Positions 1 through 13,330 of a stretch of DNA of 64,000 nt are shown here, piece by piece. The translations under genes and the position numbers were made by a program. Origin of the DNA: Raillietiella orientalis (Eukaryota). The DNA is taken from NCBI GenBank assembly GCA_036172245.1, contig JAYWIR010000033.1:930001-994000 (forward strand). Reading direction: 5' to 3'. Within the stretch, counting starts at the first letter, position 1. The number at the start of each line of letters is the position of its first letter. The notes under the pieces were generated by a model. It did no database searches, was not told where the DNA came from, and saw nothing but the letters and a program-made list of their open reading frames with translations.

Positions 1-157
1 TTCAGGTTTGGAAATAAGATTTTTTCAGAATTTCACCATTTTTCACGATGCATTTAGAAACACTCGGGAACTTTTCAACAAACCTATCACACACCAGGCA
101 CAATAAAATTCAAATGAATAATAATATAATTTTACAAATACAAAAAAGTCAACATAC

Positions 158-2728
158 ATGTTCATCAACAGAGTATGTCAGCTCGCCATCATCATACAAT
201 ACAAACCACCGTCTCTGCCAACGCTAAAATGAGAAAACAAAGTTAATACTAAGTTTCTATACAATAAAGCTCGATGATTGAATTGAATCACAACAATTGA
301 ACCAATACATGATTCAAATCTATGTAATGATCTCTGGTAGAAAGGTTCAAACTCAGACATAACGAATTTTTCATCATAAGCAACAATAATAAATAATTAA
401 CTTCCACTGAAAACAAATAATTATACATCAAATAATTCTTCCTATTTACATGTATTATATTTTGATGTTTAATTCAATCATACCAAAATTAATGTGAACT
501 CGCAAATATGTAACTTCAATCTGTAAAACAATCTATGGTGTTCAGTAAATTTCAAAAGTACTTTAAGCTACAGATTTTTCAATAAATTATGATCACTGAT
601 CATATATTTACAAGTTTTTGGCCTTCAAGCGGTGCTTTTCCACATGTTTACTAATTTTCGGAGCTTGACAAAAAGCTCTTCAGATAAGTTTTTCTTTTTC
701 AAAATTACTGTTCTATATGACTAAGTTATGTTCCAAAACAACATTCTAATGTATCATGAAGCATGACACCAATCTTGAAACGACAAACAATCTCATGTAA
801 AATAAAATACCCAAAAATATGAAAATAAGGGCAAGCCTTCTAACATCCTGTGCAAATGTATGTGAATTTAATGATTTGCTTAATGACTCCTCAACGAATA
901 CATTATATATTTCAAACTTGGATGTATAATACAAACCTGATGGAAGTTTGCTTTATTGTATTTCGATTAAGTTATGCATCTCTTTTCATAGCAGAGTAGA
1001 GAGTACAGAAACACACCCTAGAATGCTTTATCATGTATTTCTGTAATGCAATCGATTCAAAATTTAAAACCATGCTCTGAAAAACAAGTAGAAATCGATG
1101 AAATCTGCTTAAGGTTTTGAAAAGAACTATTGGAATAATGCACTGAGAAAACAAATTAGTTTCAAAGTACTTTTCTCTCAAAAAAATGCAAAGAACTGAA
1201 AATGTTCAAAAATGCTCGTTCTCCTTGGACTCACAAGATGAAAGGCAGTGATGTTTTCTACTTTATTCAACTTTTCTATGCTCAGTTTTTATTTTTTTAA
1301 GTTTTGAAAAAAAAAATTTTGGAGTCATCAATAAGTTCTTCTATCAGCTTCGTCATTTACACAAACCTTAAACAAGCAACAGCTATCAAGGGTAGCTAAT
1401 GATTAATTAATAACCCTTGTTGGCTTAATTTTTTCGAGGCAGTTACTTGAGTTCAAAAAATACTGAACATAGCACCTAAAACTGATTAGACTGATATAAT
1501 TATACAATGTAGGTTTGGTGTTAATAAGAACTCGAACCCAAAACAAAAACTACACATAGTATAATCTGGTTTCTCATTAATCAGGAATATACTGAAAGTG
1601 GCTGGATGTGGATAAAAGAAACTATCTCAGCATGTATCTGTCATGCCACTGAATGACCATGTTATTTGCATTTTTTATCCTAGTAAAAAATACTTGGAAT
1701 ACTGCTACTTTCTCACCTTTATCCTGTAGTGTACCCTAAAGTGAGAAAAAAAGAACAAATCAAGAGAACATTGATTCTGAATTTTGAATCCGGATTTCTC
1801 TTTACTAAATGTAAAACAATGCAGGATTGTTTAACAGTTTAAAACCACAACTCCATTACAATTACAAAAGGAGTTCAAACAATTCTTGGTAGTATGAAAA
1901 CTGCCTCTAATCAGGGCTTTGAAATATAAATTCACCATGCTAAAGATCGCTTTCATATAAATGCTAAAGACTGTAAACAAATCAGTTCACACAACACACA
2001 ATAATCAGAAAAATTAAGCACATGAGTGCTATACACATGATATGAGTTGACTTAAAATAAGCACAGTGTTGGAAAGCAAATTAATAGCATAATTCACATT
2101 GTGTTTCCAGTTAAAAAGTCCACAATTTACATTGAACCATTTTCTTTAATTTACAATAAGGTTAAAACAGGGTATATATATATCTATATATCTATATCTA
2201 TATCTATATATCTATATCTATATCTATATCTATATCTATCTATCTATATATATACATACATACATATACGTTTGTCAATTAAAAATCATACTGACTAGAG
2301 ATGGTGAGTTAACTGTTTATGTCAAGCTTGATACCTACTTTTGTTCTATTCAAAGGAACTGAAAAATCCCAATCTGGAGCCACAAATAAGTATCCACATT
2401 TTGAAACTTTTCTAGACATCTGAAAATAAAAATGGAATGAGGAAGCTCTCTCCTACCAATACAGGCATAGGCAAAGGAAATTCGGTAAAATTTCGAAACA
2501 AGTAATTTCATTTAATTCATCATGATAAATTAATTCACATTAATCACACACACATGCTTGCACTGAGTAAATAAAAGTAATTTTTCAAATGAAACAAAAT
2601 AACTTTACTCGATTATTTTCCAATGCTTCTGCAGAGTGATCTTCTTTCTGATGAAAACAATTGGTACACTTTTTTTTATTAAATATGTTTGGGGTAAATT
2701 TTTTGCAATCTAGTCTGATACTGGCCAT
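158..2728 (-). CDS. osp: outspread / myosin phosphatase Rho-interacting protein (MPRIP)-like, first three coding exons; gene continues beyond position 1
   Basis: Exons 2609-2728 ([40 protein letters not shown]), 2339-2419 ([27 protein letters not shown]) and 158-223 ([22 protein letters not shown]), all GT-AG, phase 0. The C-x2-F-x-PNIFNK-x-KC-x-NCF N-terminus followed by a PH domain start is characteristic of MPRIP/Outspread. Confidence 0.93.
2173..2268. repeat. (TATATC)n/(TA)n microsatellite in osp intron
   Basis: Directly visible tandem units. Confidence 0.95.
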
Positions 2729-3719
2729 TGCAGAAAAGTCAAGGAACCCTGAAGAATTATAATCAGATATTATCTGGGCCGCACACACATTTTCTTTCGG
2801 AAAAGTGAATATTCCTTCAAATAAATTAGAACAGAAAATTCACAGTTCATGCAAGACTCATCAAATAAGTTCCAGAATGCAAGTGAACGAACATTTGTAC
2901 CTGTTTCAACAATCCTCAGAAACCGCTAATCTCTTCGGCATAATAAATTCTATATATGTGAGCATTAAATTTTAATCATGTTTTTACCATAACTACCCAA
3001 TGGCATATCTGTTAACAATAATCTGTTAGCGCATGGGTATAACATATATTACTGCAATGTTTTGTTCGAACATCCCATTATACTATAGAAATCCTCTTCT
3101 TCTTTTGACTCATTTGTTTCCACACACTTGTGCATCAAAATCTGTGAGGTGGCTACGATGCAAATTTTTTGAAAAACAACGTTCACAGCGTTCGACTCGG
3201 CACACAATCACGAGGGAACACATCGTGTGTTGCACACTTAACCCACAGGGGATCTTCCAAGCACAAACTACTGCAATACGTAATCAATTAATTTGGAATC
3301 CACGCTTCGGCAAAACACGAATTGGGGAACACACTTGCACCACACTCTCGGCCAGGGAGGAGAAATGCACCTCCGCCCGACATTCCCGTGCACGCGCGAC
3401 AGGACTGACACTGCACAACACGTAGGCAATCGCAGTAGTAGCAACTAGGGGGGAAAGGTCCCCATTTTTCGACTGTGACCACCTTTTTGGGGCGGCAGCC
3501 AAACACCTTTGCCTGCGCCGGGAGCAACCGGTAATTCTCTCGGGAAATGCTGCTGCGAGAAATGCCGAAAATTGCTTTTTCCCCGTTTTATCTCCTCCCC
3601 CGTTACCCGGGAGATTCATCCAGACTCGTGCAGGCTGTGCATCCCAGTCACCTTCCACCGGCCACCGGTTCATTCAGTCCGAGGATGCAGCCGATTCCTA
3701 ATCGTATGTCTGCAAAATA

Positions 3720-4200
3720 TTTCCTCGTGTGATGAAATTTCAACCAGAGTGACAAACAGTGAAATTTGTAGATATTTCAGAATCACTGAAGACACGATCG
3801 TATGAAGTCTTATCAGGGATGCTGGATTCTTTTCACCTCTCCCTCTGAAAGATTCTTGGTCTGCTCCTTTTGGATAGGATTCCCCCAACTGCCATAGGGA
3901 GTCTCACGTCCTTCTGGGAGCGCTTCCCCATTCGTTTCATCCTCTGACATGAGTTCATAGAGTTTCGATTTGAATTCTCTATGCTGTTTTGATATCGGAG
4001 GTAATAAAAAGATTGCTTCGTTCCGGAAAACTCCAAAATTTCGAAGCATCCACGCAATACATATTTCAAAAGATTAGTAGTGGTGGGAACATTGTTTCGT
4101 CGCATGGGCAAACAGTATGAGATGGGATAGCGTTTCCGATGTGATGAGAGCAGTATGGGATTTGGAACGCGGACTTCTTTCTATTAAAATGGCCGTGATC
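3720..4200 (-). mobile_element. Ty3/gypsy integrase core remnant (degenerate)
   Basis: ORF 3813-4049(-) FGV...ISKQHREFKSKLYELM...RETPYGSWGN resembles the rve pattern FGxPxxIxSDxGxxFxS...TPYHPQGNG; catalytic residues eroded and stops present. Confidence 0.55.
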
Positions 4201-4559
4201 TCTAACTTTGCTCATTCCATTTGTCTGGAGAAATGTGTTCCCTGGTTATAATTACACACATAATCACATTACGCAAGCCTCTGAACCACACAAACAGTAG
4301 CTTCCTCATGTTTTGCACTTTGCAAATTTTAGAAAAGGTAATGAAAAAAAAAAAAGAACACGGCTCTTGACACAAAAGCCTATGAGTCTTTGGCTTTGTC
4401 TTTGGTCTCCGCTTAGTCGCGAGAACCATATCTGGATGAGCAATTGGATTGAGGGGGTGGGGGAGTCTGTGGCCTGTGTGGTTTTGTTTTTCATGTTCTG
4501 CGTGCAGGTGCAGGTTTGCCATAAGAATGTACACGACGATCTGACGTTCCAAGACGGAT

Positions 4560-5862
4560 GGAACGGCAGCTGCAACATGAATCTAGTGACTGTCTCTGAC
4601 TGGAAAACCACACTACAAGTAATGCCTGATCGAGGACGCTTGTCAGCGACTTTCCACGATTGCTTCATCGTGCTCCACCAAATTTCTCATGAGGCACCGC
4701 CTAAGCGCGACTGCCTTCGTTCCTGGCGCCGACGCGACGTGTCCAGCTGCGGACAGGTGCTCCGGAGAGTGACCAGGATGACCAGGACCAACAACTGGAT
4801 CTTCCTGAGACCTGCGAACGGTAGCTTATGGTTGCAGGGAACCGTCCGCACGGGGGCTAAGAACAACGCAGCGATTCTGGAGATGCGGCAGCCACTGCTG
4901 CACTCCCTCTACAATAACCGCTCGCTGCAGGACGTCATCGTGCAGCCCACCAGCTGCGCGCGGGTGCAAAGAACCCCCCTAGCTGCGGAACTGCCCTACC
5001 ACAGGGAGCACCTGGGAAGTAACCAGCCGGCAGCCAAATGGGAGGTCAGTTGCGAAATAGTTCTCCGGCCGAAGGAATTAGGTGGCTGGACCATGGACCA
5101 GATCGCGGACGCTTCGATCCCAAGTGACCCACCGAAAGGACTATTGCGCTGGAGTGAGTTGCTGGAAATGCTACAGGAAGACCTCGAGTGGCCCCAGCGC
5201 TGAACAACAGCCGGGCCCTTCCCCTGAAGTAGCACGAATCGGCACGTTTGCTGCTGCATTGGGGCCTCCCGTGCTACGCCCGCCGGTCTCACTGGACCCA
5301 GGGAGCTCTGTCTCAGGTGCGAGGAACGGGAGTCTCAGTACCCGCACCTGCTCGCAGACTGTGTTGCCCTCCGGCCCCTGTGGTTAGTTTACGCAACGGC
5401 CCTTGCTGCACCGACGGACAATCCCAGAGACATGATGAAGAGCTGCCCTTTCACTTATCGCATCCTCAGCCGCTCCTTGCCGCTGCATACGCGGGATCGT
5501 GGTGGCCTGGAGCTACGCGAGAGGAGGACGGCGAGATAAGGACACCATCCGCTTCGCCGTTCGCTTCCGGAGGACTTAGCAAGCTGATCCCACCTGGGGC
5601 ATACTCGGATGGAACTTGCCGGCATCCTGGAAAGGATGCAGAGGACGCCCTCCAGAGGACAGTGATCCCTTCCCCCAGTTTTTTTTATTATTGATTTTTA
5701 TTTTTGTTTCCCCCTTCCCCCTCTGCTGCTGAGACGAACCTCGCCGGCCTGCGTGCCGGTCATGCAACCGGTTCCGAGAATTTTCGGACAATATGGGGGC
5801 GATGACCCTACACCTGTGTGTTTATTTTTATAATAAACGTCCCAGTGTTATCGAGTGTTAAA
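4560..5862 (+). mobile_element. L1/Tx1-like LINE, 3' fragment (ORF2 C-terminus plus 3'UTR)
   Basis: Frameshifted C-terminal zinc knuckle (CLRCEERESQYPHLLADC), ending MELAGILERMQRTPSRGQ*, then a T-rich 3'UTR and AATAAA at 5832; homologous to ORF 54500-55180(-). Confidence 0.8.
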
Positions 5863-7149
5863 CCAAATTTCTCATCGCAAAATTAAGAACTACAGCTTTG
5901 GCAGCTTTTCGATAAAGGCATCCTCTGTCCCGGAAGCTTCCAAGTCCCAAGTCCTTCTTGTACACAGTTTGCTTGAAGTTGCATTGGTGTCATCGATATC
6001 CTCCATCCACTAAAAGACAGAACCTGAATCTCAAGTCACTATGATACCGGCCAAGCTTCTCTACTTCACCCTTTTTGCGGAAGACCTCTGGAATTAGCAA
6101 AAGTCGTTTTCATGTAGATACCCCCCCCCCCCTCAAAAAAAAGCGTAGCTCAAGTGTGAGGACGTCATTGGATAGTCAACCAGCACTTGGGAGTCCCCGC
6201 GAGTTGACTGCAATCGAGGAAGAAAAGTTGGTCCGGGAATAAAGAGACTATTTTTCATCGTCTGTATTTCGGTGGAGACTCTGAGCGGAAGCAACGAGGA
6301 GGAGGCTGTGCCGACCGAAAGGAACTGAGATGAAGAACGAAAGAAACAAGCTTGCAGCTGCCTCTGCAGCACATCCTCCTATTCCAGATGAAGCAGGAGG
6401 GGTTTCCAGCGGAGTGCCTGCACTCGTATGCTGGGTTCCTCCATCTTCTGACGGAAGATCTACTCTGAGCTGCTGCATGCCAATTGGCGACAGCGATGTA
6501 GAGTTAAAGTTACTCTCGGTCATACGCAGCGTTTGAGGGATGGAAACCTGAAATGCAACGGGAGTTCCACTGGGAGGAGAATGGGCTGAGGATGGAAAAA
6601 AATCGGATTCCGGTTTTATTCTGTGTCACGATGGGAGGGGAACGTCTGCAGGCGTAAAGGATCGGAAAAATGTCGACGTCACAAGCTATGGGGAACAGTT
6701 GGCTGCTGCTTCCTCTCAATTTCAGCTGGGAGCCCCGCGAAGATCCTGTGCGACTCAGCATCCCAACTTCCTCCTTTTTCATTCAGTTTCGTGGGCGATC
6801 TCCCACCTCGCTAGCTGGTCACCTTCTTGGTTCCTTCGCAAAGAGGACAGCACTGCTAGATGAGAAGGAATGCAGGTAGGAGGCAAAAAAGAACAAGGAT
6901 GAAAAAAAAAAAAAAGAATTCGTGGCAGAATGGCGAGGCAGAGAGTCTTCGAATGAAGGGACCTGCATCGAGATGGACCACATGGTAGATGGAGCTATGA
7001 TTCAAGATTGCCTAGGGACGGCTGAACACGAGGAGCAGGGAGGCTGTTCATGAAATAAGGGTCAGCGATTGGGAGAAAATCCGCATAGCTGCCACTAAGA
7101 ATTGCTCTTCTGAATGCACTCTTTGGGCGTTTTGTTTGTAGAATGCAAT

Positions 7150-7460
7150 GGCAAATTCTCTTCACATTCCGAAGTGATTCATACCTTCCTCAGTGGTCTA
7201 TCCGGAATCCCATGTCGAGCAAACGCAGTGAATCTAGAATAGGTGGACAGCCAGTGACCAGTGGCTGCTACCTTCGATCTTGTTTCTGGATTCAGAACAC
7301 TCTGTTCAACAGTGTTCTCGTTCGAATTTGCACCAATACGCTTCGGCCTGCAACGGGGAGAAAACAATGGCAACGTTTCAGACACCTGAAACACTTCTTG
7401 GATGCGGAACCGATATCCTCTGCACCCTTCAAGCGTATCTACGCTGCATGAATAAATTCG
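7150..7460 (+). mobile_element. Ty3/gypsy reverse transcriptase remnant
   Basis: Broken frames give YLP, TFDLVSGF, FEFAPIRFGL and ATFQ in the order of the gypsy RT motifs YPLP, LDLxSGY, MPFGL and ATFQR. Confidence 0.55.
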
Positions 7461-7649
7461 CCGTGATGAGGATAGGCATGTAAGACGCGCCCGGATGCCT
7501 ACTGTCCTTCTTAGGTTCCAATGATGTCGGGTTTGCACTGTGAATGCGATTCCTATTTGCTCCTTGTCCGAAAAAATCAAAGGGAAATGACAGTCGACCA
7601 GTTGGAGCTGTCTCCCTCCAATCAGTTCGACCTCGGAGCAGACTCCTGC

Positions 7650-9250
7650 AGCCTCTGGCCGGGTTCGTTACTCCACGGCAAATGAGCGGCCACTCTGTTC
7701 TCCGGGAAACCAGGCGGCGGCCGGGAGAGAGCACTGCTGGGGCCTGGTCACGCACTTTCCCTCCAGAGTGAGCGCCCTCGCGGTGAGGTCTCTCGGCCGC
7801 GTGCGCGATCCGACCAGAGACGAGATCATGATGGGAACCTGGTCGAAACGGTTGAAGAAAGGGTTGGCAGCCTCCTCCAACGTTCCGCGTTCCCGCCTCC
7901 TGACCCTATTGGGCGCAGCAGACGAGCCACCGTCACTAACCCTGCAGCCGCGCCGCACCAGGAGATAACCACCGAAGACGGTTCTTCGAGGAAACCCGTC
8001 AGGAGTTTCCCTTATCCCCTTATCCCTCCATCCTCCCAGCAATCTCTGCAAGGTGCTACCATGCATCTCCCATTGGCTTAACAAAAACGTCTTTGTCTTG
8101 CTTTGTGATAGGCAACCAGCACAAACACTTTCTGCGTTTGTGCTGGTTGCCCTGGTGATTGTGAATTTGGAACTGTCGAGAAGGAGGCTGCGATTGGATG
8201 TGGTGGTTTGGGGTAAGGGTGTAAGGGTCTGCCTTTCGCTCGAATCGCGGATGTCCATTAATTATGGAATGTAGTCGTTCATTGTAGAAAAAAAAAAAAA
8301 AGTTTAGAAGAGCAGTCGAAAACAAAAGAACGAAAAAAGTCTTTGGCTCTCGGAGAGATTCGAACTTTCCACTGCAAAATTCAGAGTCCAGGAAGGCTCC
8401 CGAGCAAGCTCCGCACAGGGAACACGTGGGAGGGGTAAAAAATAGCAGAACTTCCTGGAAGCCGGAGGGCTCTTGTGGCTCGTCAAGCTTGACTACCTCG
8501 CCTCGATACTCATGAAAAGGAAAGTGGCAGCCGGTATGGCGTGCCCCCTTTTCCGTGTGGCTCCGGGCCATCAGCAGGTCGGGGAAAACGGCAAGGAGCT
8601 GCGACCGCCGCGGCAGGCGACCTTCCTGCCCACACGTGAAGAGGAGCTTCATGATGTCCTTTGTATTGCCTGTCGCGGGCTGGAGGGTTGTGGCAAAAGA
8701 CGGTTCACACACACTACGGAGGGCAACACGCTCCACGTCTCCCGCGCTTTGCCACAGTTCGGATCCACACGTCCCTTGTTATGGTCGTTTCTGCGTCAGC
8801 GATGCTTGTAGTTTCTCACCTGGCCACGCAGGGCAGTACGGACGTGCCCTCGTTGTGCTCGTGCGTATGACCTTGTCCATCGTTAGTGCTTCGTCTAGCG
8901 GAACCGGCAGGGTCATCGACCTAGCAATGGGCTGTGGGCCCACAGTCTGTGAACTACAGAGCGTGCGTGTATATCACCGATCCACAGCTGTGTGGACCGT
9001 GGGTGCTCCTAGATCCAAGGTCACCTCAGCGACGGTCACTCTGCTGCCTAAGCGGCAGCAGAAACCGTGAACTCGTGGGTGCGGCAATGGTCAGGGAAAC
9101 GACCCGGCCAAACGGACTGCCAGCGGGCAGCAAAAAGCAAACCTGCGCGACCGATGGATGCAGCCGTACCAACCTCACCTCAGTCGTGACGGCTCTGGCG
9201 AGGGACGACTCGAGCTACCCACAGAAAGTGAGACTCTTGCAATCTCCAGC
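7650..9250 (-). mobile_element. LINE ORF1 (L1/Tx1-like gag) remnant
   Basis: Minus-strand EVRLVRLHPSVAQ...SPFGRVVSLT resembles the Tx1 ORF1 RRM-like region; 8895-9200 is homologous at DNA level to 10670-10840. Left boundary uncertain. Confidence 0.45.
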
Positions 9251-9389
9251 AAACCCACCGGGAGTAGCATTTTTCTCGACACAAAGGATAAGTCAGCGGT
9301 GTAGCTTACCTTCGACACATCCAAAGACACAATCATACCCCTCTACCTCTTGAGGTGTTCCGTCGGTTAGCCGGAGGGCGAATGAGTGT

Positions 9390-9794
9390 GTGCCGGACAG
9401 GTCATCCCGAGCGATCACCTGCAACAGTTGGGGTCCACACGCCCGCCGGTCTCACTGGACCCGGGGAGCTCTGGACCCAAACTGTCGCAGGTGCGAGGAA
9501 CGGGAGTCTCGGTACCCGCACCTGGGGCATACTCAGATGGAACTTGCCGGCATCCTGGAAAGGATGCAGAGGACGCCCTCCAGAGGACAGTGATCCCTTC
9601 CCCCAGTTTTTTTTATTATTGATTTTTATTTTTGTTTCCCCCTTCCCCCTCTGCTGCTGAGACGAACCTCGCCGGCCTGCGTGCCGGTCATGCAACCGGT
9701 TCCGAGAATTTTCGGACAATATGGGGCGATGACCCTATACATGTATGCTTACTATTTTTTATAATAAACGTCCCGGCATGATATCGTGTGATAC
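9390..9794 (+). mobile_element. L1/Tx1-like LINE 3' end, internally deleted copy of the 4560-5862 element
   Basis: 9442-9774 is near-identical to 5279-5350 joined to 5597-5843; AATAAA at 9763. Confidence 0.85.
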
Positions 9795-10860
9795 ACCATC
9801 CCGCGCTAACGTTCGGCACGTCGACGGTCCGTCGTCGACGTGTGCAGCAAGCCGGATGTCCCGAGTCTCGCGGACCATGCAAGTCTTCGGGACACCTGAA
9901 GGGGTGTGTGTGCCTACTGCGAACTGCTCGGTCGCATGGGCGGAGCTCGCGCAAGACTGACCCAGCGGCCAAGGGCACGAGGAATCCGCGCCGCCCGGGT
10001 AAGCGCGAGGAATGGGGCTGCTTCTCGCTTGCGGGCCGATGCGCCGAAGGGGGCAATGGCCGTCTCCAACGCCCCGCCCGACGCTCCAGAGGACCGCTCC
10101 TAAAGCGCGCGTATACGCACGTGGAGACGGATGGGAATTCCGGGAACGAAAACCGCGTCGCGGAAGATGTGGAGCATCCTGTGGCTGGACGTCTAGATGA
10201 CCTCCACGAACGGAAATGTTCGGGTGGAGGCGTGCTGTGACAGAGGGCTCTGTTAAGCCTCTGGTCGTCCCTCCAAGGACAGAGGCGGCGGACTTGGCTT
10301 GGAAGCGCGCAAGATGGAAACGAAGCGTTGCGACGCAACGCCAGCGGAGGCAGGTCTTCCCGAAGCACTGCGAGAGCAAGCCTGCGCGGCTCGCCTTCAC
10401 GGTAGAGGAAGCCAGTCGCACCAGACACGAGATCGAAGGGCTGCGACGGGCGAGAGAGGTCAAACCTGCGACGGTTTCCTGGAATAAATGGGACAACTGG
10501 CCTCTTCGTGCAAGCTTCTCCTGTCCAAGTGCCCGTGCATCCGCGCGACGGGACGCTCCATCGCCGACTCCCTTCGCAGCTTAGACCTCCACGCAGATGC
10601 TGCGCGCGAGATCGAATGCTCCTGAGGGTGACCCTTGCGGGCTGGAGAGTTTTCCCGAAGCATCTCAGCGGGGACCGGTAGGGTCGTCGACCTGACAACA
10701 GAGGGACCTGTGAACTCGTGGGTACAGCAACGGTCAGGGAACCCACCCGAAAAACCACCAACAGACAGCAAAAAGCAACCCTGCGGGACCTATAGATGCA
10801 GCCGTACCCACAGCACTTCCATCGTGATGGTTCTGGCCTCTAGGTGGGAACCATTACGGC
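9795..10860 (-). mobile_element. LINE ORF1 remnant, diverged relative of 7650-9250
   Basis: Shares segments GTGAACTCGTGGGT, CAGCAAAAAGCAA and GATGCAGCCGTACC with 9067-9170. Confidence 0.45.
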
Positions 10861-10989
10861 TGAGGCTCTGAAGCCTCGACCTGGTTTCTGGTCTTTAGAC
10901 CCCAGAACCATTACGACTAAGATGCAGTTGGCACGGCTGTAATCGGCAGGAGGCTTAGCAGACTCACGCGGTTGCACCCCTCAAGCAGC

Positions 10990-11140
10990 GTCAGACGGTG
11001 TGGAGCGTCCGCTGTTTTGACGGATGCGGCCGGGTAGGCCGACTCGATCGGCTTTGTCTTAACGAACCTCGCTTACACACCCTGCACCGCAAGGCCCTAC
11101 CGATAAAAGGATGGAGAGTTCCTGGAAACGGATGGAAAAC
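10990..11140 (+). mobile_element. Degenerate gag-like CCHC zinc knuckles (LINE ORF1 fragment)
   Basis: VRCFDGCGRVGRLDRLCLNEPRLHTLHRKALPIKGW resembles eroded tandem C-x2-C-x4-H-x4-C knuckles. Confidence 0.4.
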
Positions 11141-12599
11141 ACAAAAGGGAATCAATGACACAGACAGTGTATTTATAGCTGTTCTCTTTTGCACCGCGAG
11201 AGTGCACTCGAAGGCTCTCTCCTTCTTGGTCTCAGAAGCGGCGCCAATTTTGTCCGCTGCCGCATCCGAAGAGACCAACCAGCGTCATCTTGCCGGGGGG
11301 AGGAACTCGAAACCCACGACGCACCACCCATTTCTCTGGAGTTGCCCTTCCCCTGGCGGGATTGGAACCCGCAACGCTTGGCACGACCACGCGCGGAGGA
11401 GAGGATCCCCTCGTCCTCCAACGCGGGCACGGGTACATCCGAGTCAATCGCTCTCTCTCGGCGCCAGGAGAGCTCGGAAAGTGCGACTCCGCTGACCACG
11501 TGTTCGGGAGGACAAGGCGCGCACCTGGAGCGATCGGTCTAGTTCGCCGAGATGGAGCAGGCGTCGCCCAAGAGGAACCCCGGAGCAAAGATTTGGACGA
11601 TGCCTAGAGGACTGGAAATCAGCCGCCGCTGGGACGCCCCAGGAGAACTCCGAACGCTTCTCGAAAGGAGCCCGCATCCACAAAGCAAGTGACTGAGATG
11701 CACTGAAGATGTCCCCGCGCGCCTCTCTGCGGGGGTGGCTTCCTTCCCATCTTTTTCCCGACAGGCTTCATCGGAGGGCGGGAGAGGGGCGAAGTCTTCC
11801 TACTTCCACGACCGTCACGTTCGGCAGGCTGCCGTTTCTCCCAGAGTCGGGCGCCTCGGCGGAAGGAGGCAAATCGGGAGCGGCGCAGACTCTCCCGAAA
11901 CCAGAAGATCGCCCCAGGTGCTCTCGCCTCGCTGAGCAGCTGGCGCCGCGCAGGTGAGGCGACGCCGCTCCCACGTGCGCTTCCTGCGCGCGAGAGCTGC
12001 TCCACCACGCTCACGGCTCCTGGAGCCGCTTGTCACGTGCCTCGAGCCGTGCGTCTCCTCCCAGACAAGACGGGTAAACCCGATGGTCGGGGCAGACACG
12101 CGACGGCCCTTCTCCATCTGCGACTATTTGATTTATCGATTTCGAACGGTGGTCCGTCGACCACCGCGAGGTCGCGCTTGTTCATCAAGAACAAACGCGC
12201 TTGGCAGAGGTGGGTCCAGAATACATATGCAGAGGACCACGCTGTCTTCCGTTTCGGCAATTTACGAGCTTCTGCTGTCGCCTCGGAAACCAGTGTCCAG
12301 CGGGCGGAGTTTCTCCCAGAGCTGGAAGTTGCAGTTGAAAAAAAAATAACAACAATAATCATATGAGCCGATTTGGTAAGATGGAGATGCCCTCGCCTCA
12401 AACTCCGCCATCCTCCTCATCCGCTCTCAAGGGAAAGAGAAGATCAAGAGGAAGAGGTGGACAGGAGGAAGGACCGAAGCAGTTGGACTATCCCTGGCAC
12501 AAATCAGCTACCGGTTGACCTAGAAGACTGCCCTTCGAGCTGTGAGCGAGGCGCCAGGATGAAGCAGGCGGTGCTATTCGCCATAGAGTGACGAAGTCA

Positions 12600-13330
12600 C
12601 AAGTCCTGAGTGGTTGGATTCGAAGCGTGTGGTTTCTGGATGTGCGGGGTGGCCACCGTTGTCAACACGGAGAGCTACCGACCCCTTAGAGTGATCCTTT
12701 AGCTGGAAGGAAAATCCAGCCTTCGGAGGACTCTTTGCACCTAGCTGCCGCCATCGAGGAGGGATGCGCTTTTCTGAGGAAGACTGGATGAGATCCCCTC
12801 CCTAGGAGAAGGGATCGAGCACGGAAACTCGCCTGCCTCGTTGCCCCGGACGCGCCCGCGGCTCGTGTCGCACACACCTCCCGTCTTCGAGGCTAACCAG
12901 AATGACCTCATTCAGCCAGCCACCAGTCCATTTCTGCCTACCCAGTTTGGTCCGTGGTGGACTGCTGATACCCTCTTCAGGCTCCACTCTGAAGAACGTC
13001 TCGCACGCAGATGAGAGCATCCAACAACTTTCGCGCCAAAATGAGCATCCTCGCCCTGGAATAAGCAGATCGGTGCAGCTGATCATCGTAGTCGGAAGAG
13101 CCCATCGTCGCAGAATCCCTCGCGCGTTGCGCGACTCCAGTCAAACGCTGCCTTTTCCCCAAACCAGGAAGCAGCACGGCCGAAGGACAGCTTCCGTGCC
13201 AGACGCTCAAGCGAGACTCATGTGGCTCGCAGCAGCTGGAGCATCGTCCGACGGTTCGCTTCATGAAACCATCGATTGCCGGTCGACCGATATGAAGCAC
13301 CTCAATCGAAGCCATTTCGTTGGTTTGCAT
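12600..13330 (-). mobile_element. Possible DIRS-like retroelement remnant (RNase H / methyltransferase region)
   Basis: Eroded motifs in the order expected for DIRS pol (SIEVLHI, LIPG, EVCAT, VLDPFS, IPP) spread over several frames; weak. Confidence 0.3.

Noticed and set aside
4313..5203. 296-aa ORF as a host gene
   Set aside because: It runs into the LINE ORF2 C-terminal region (KGLLRW matches HGLLRW of 54500-55180), so it is a TE remnant.
11356..11372. tRNA gene (minus-strand T-arm-like GCGGG-TTCCAAT-CCCGC; a similar B-box near 17335-17350)
   Set aside because: No acceptor stem, D arm or anticodon arm could be built; at most SINE remnants.
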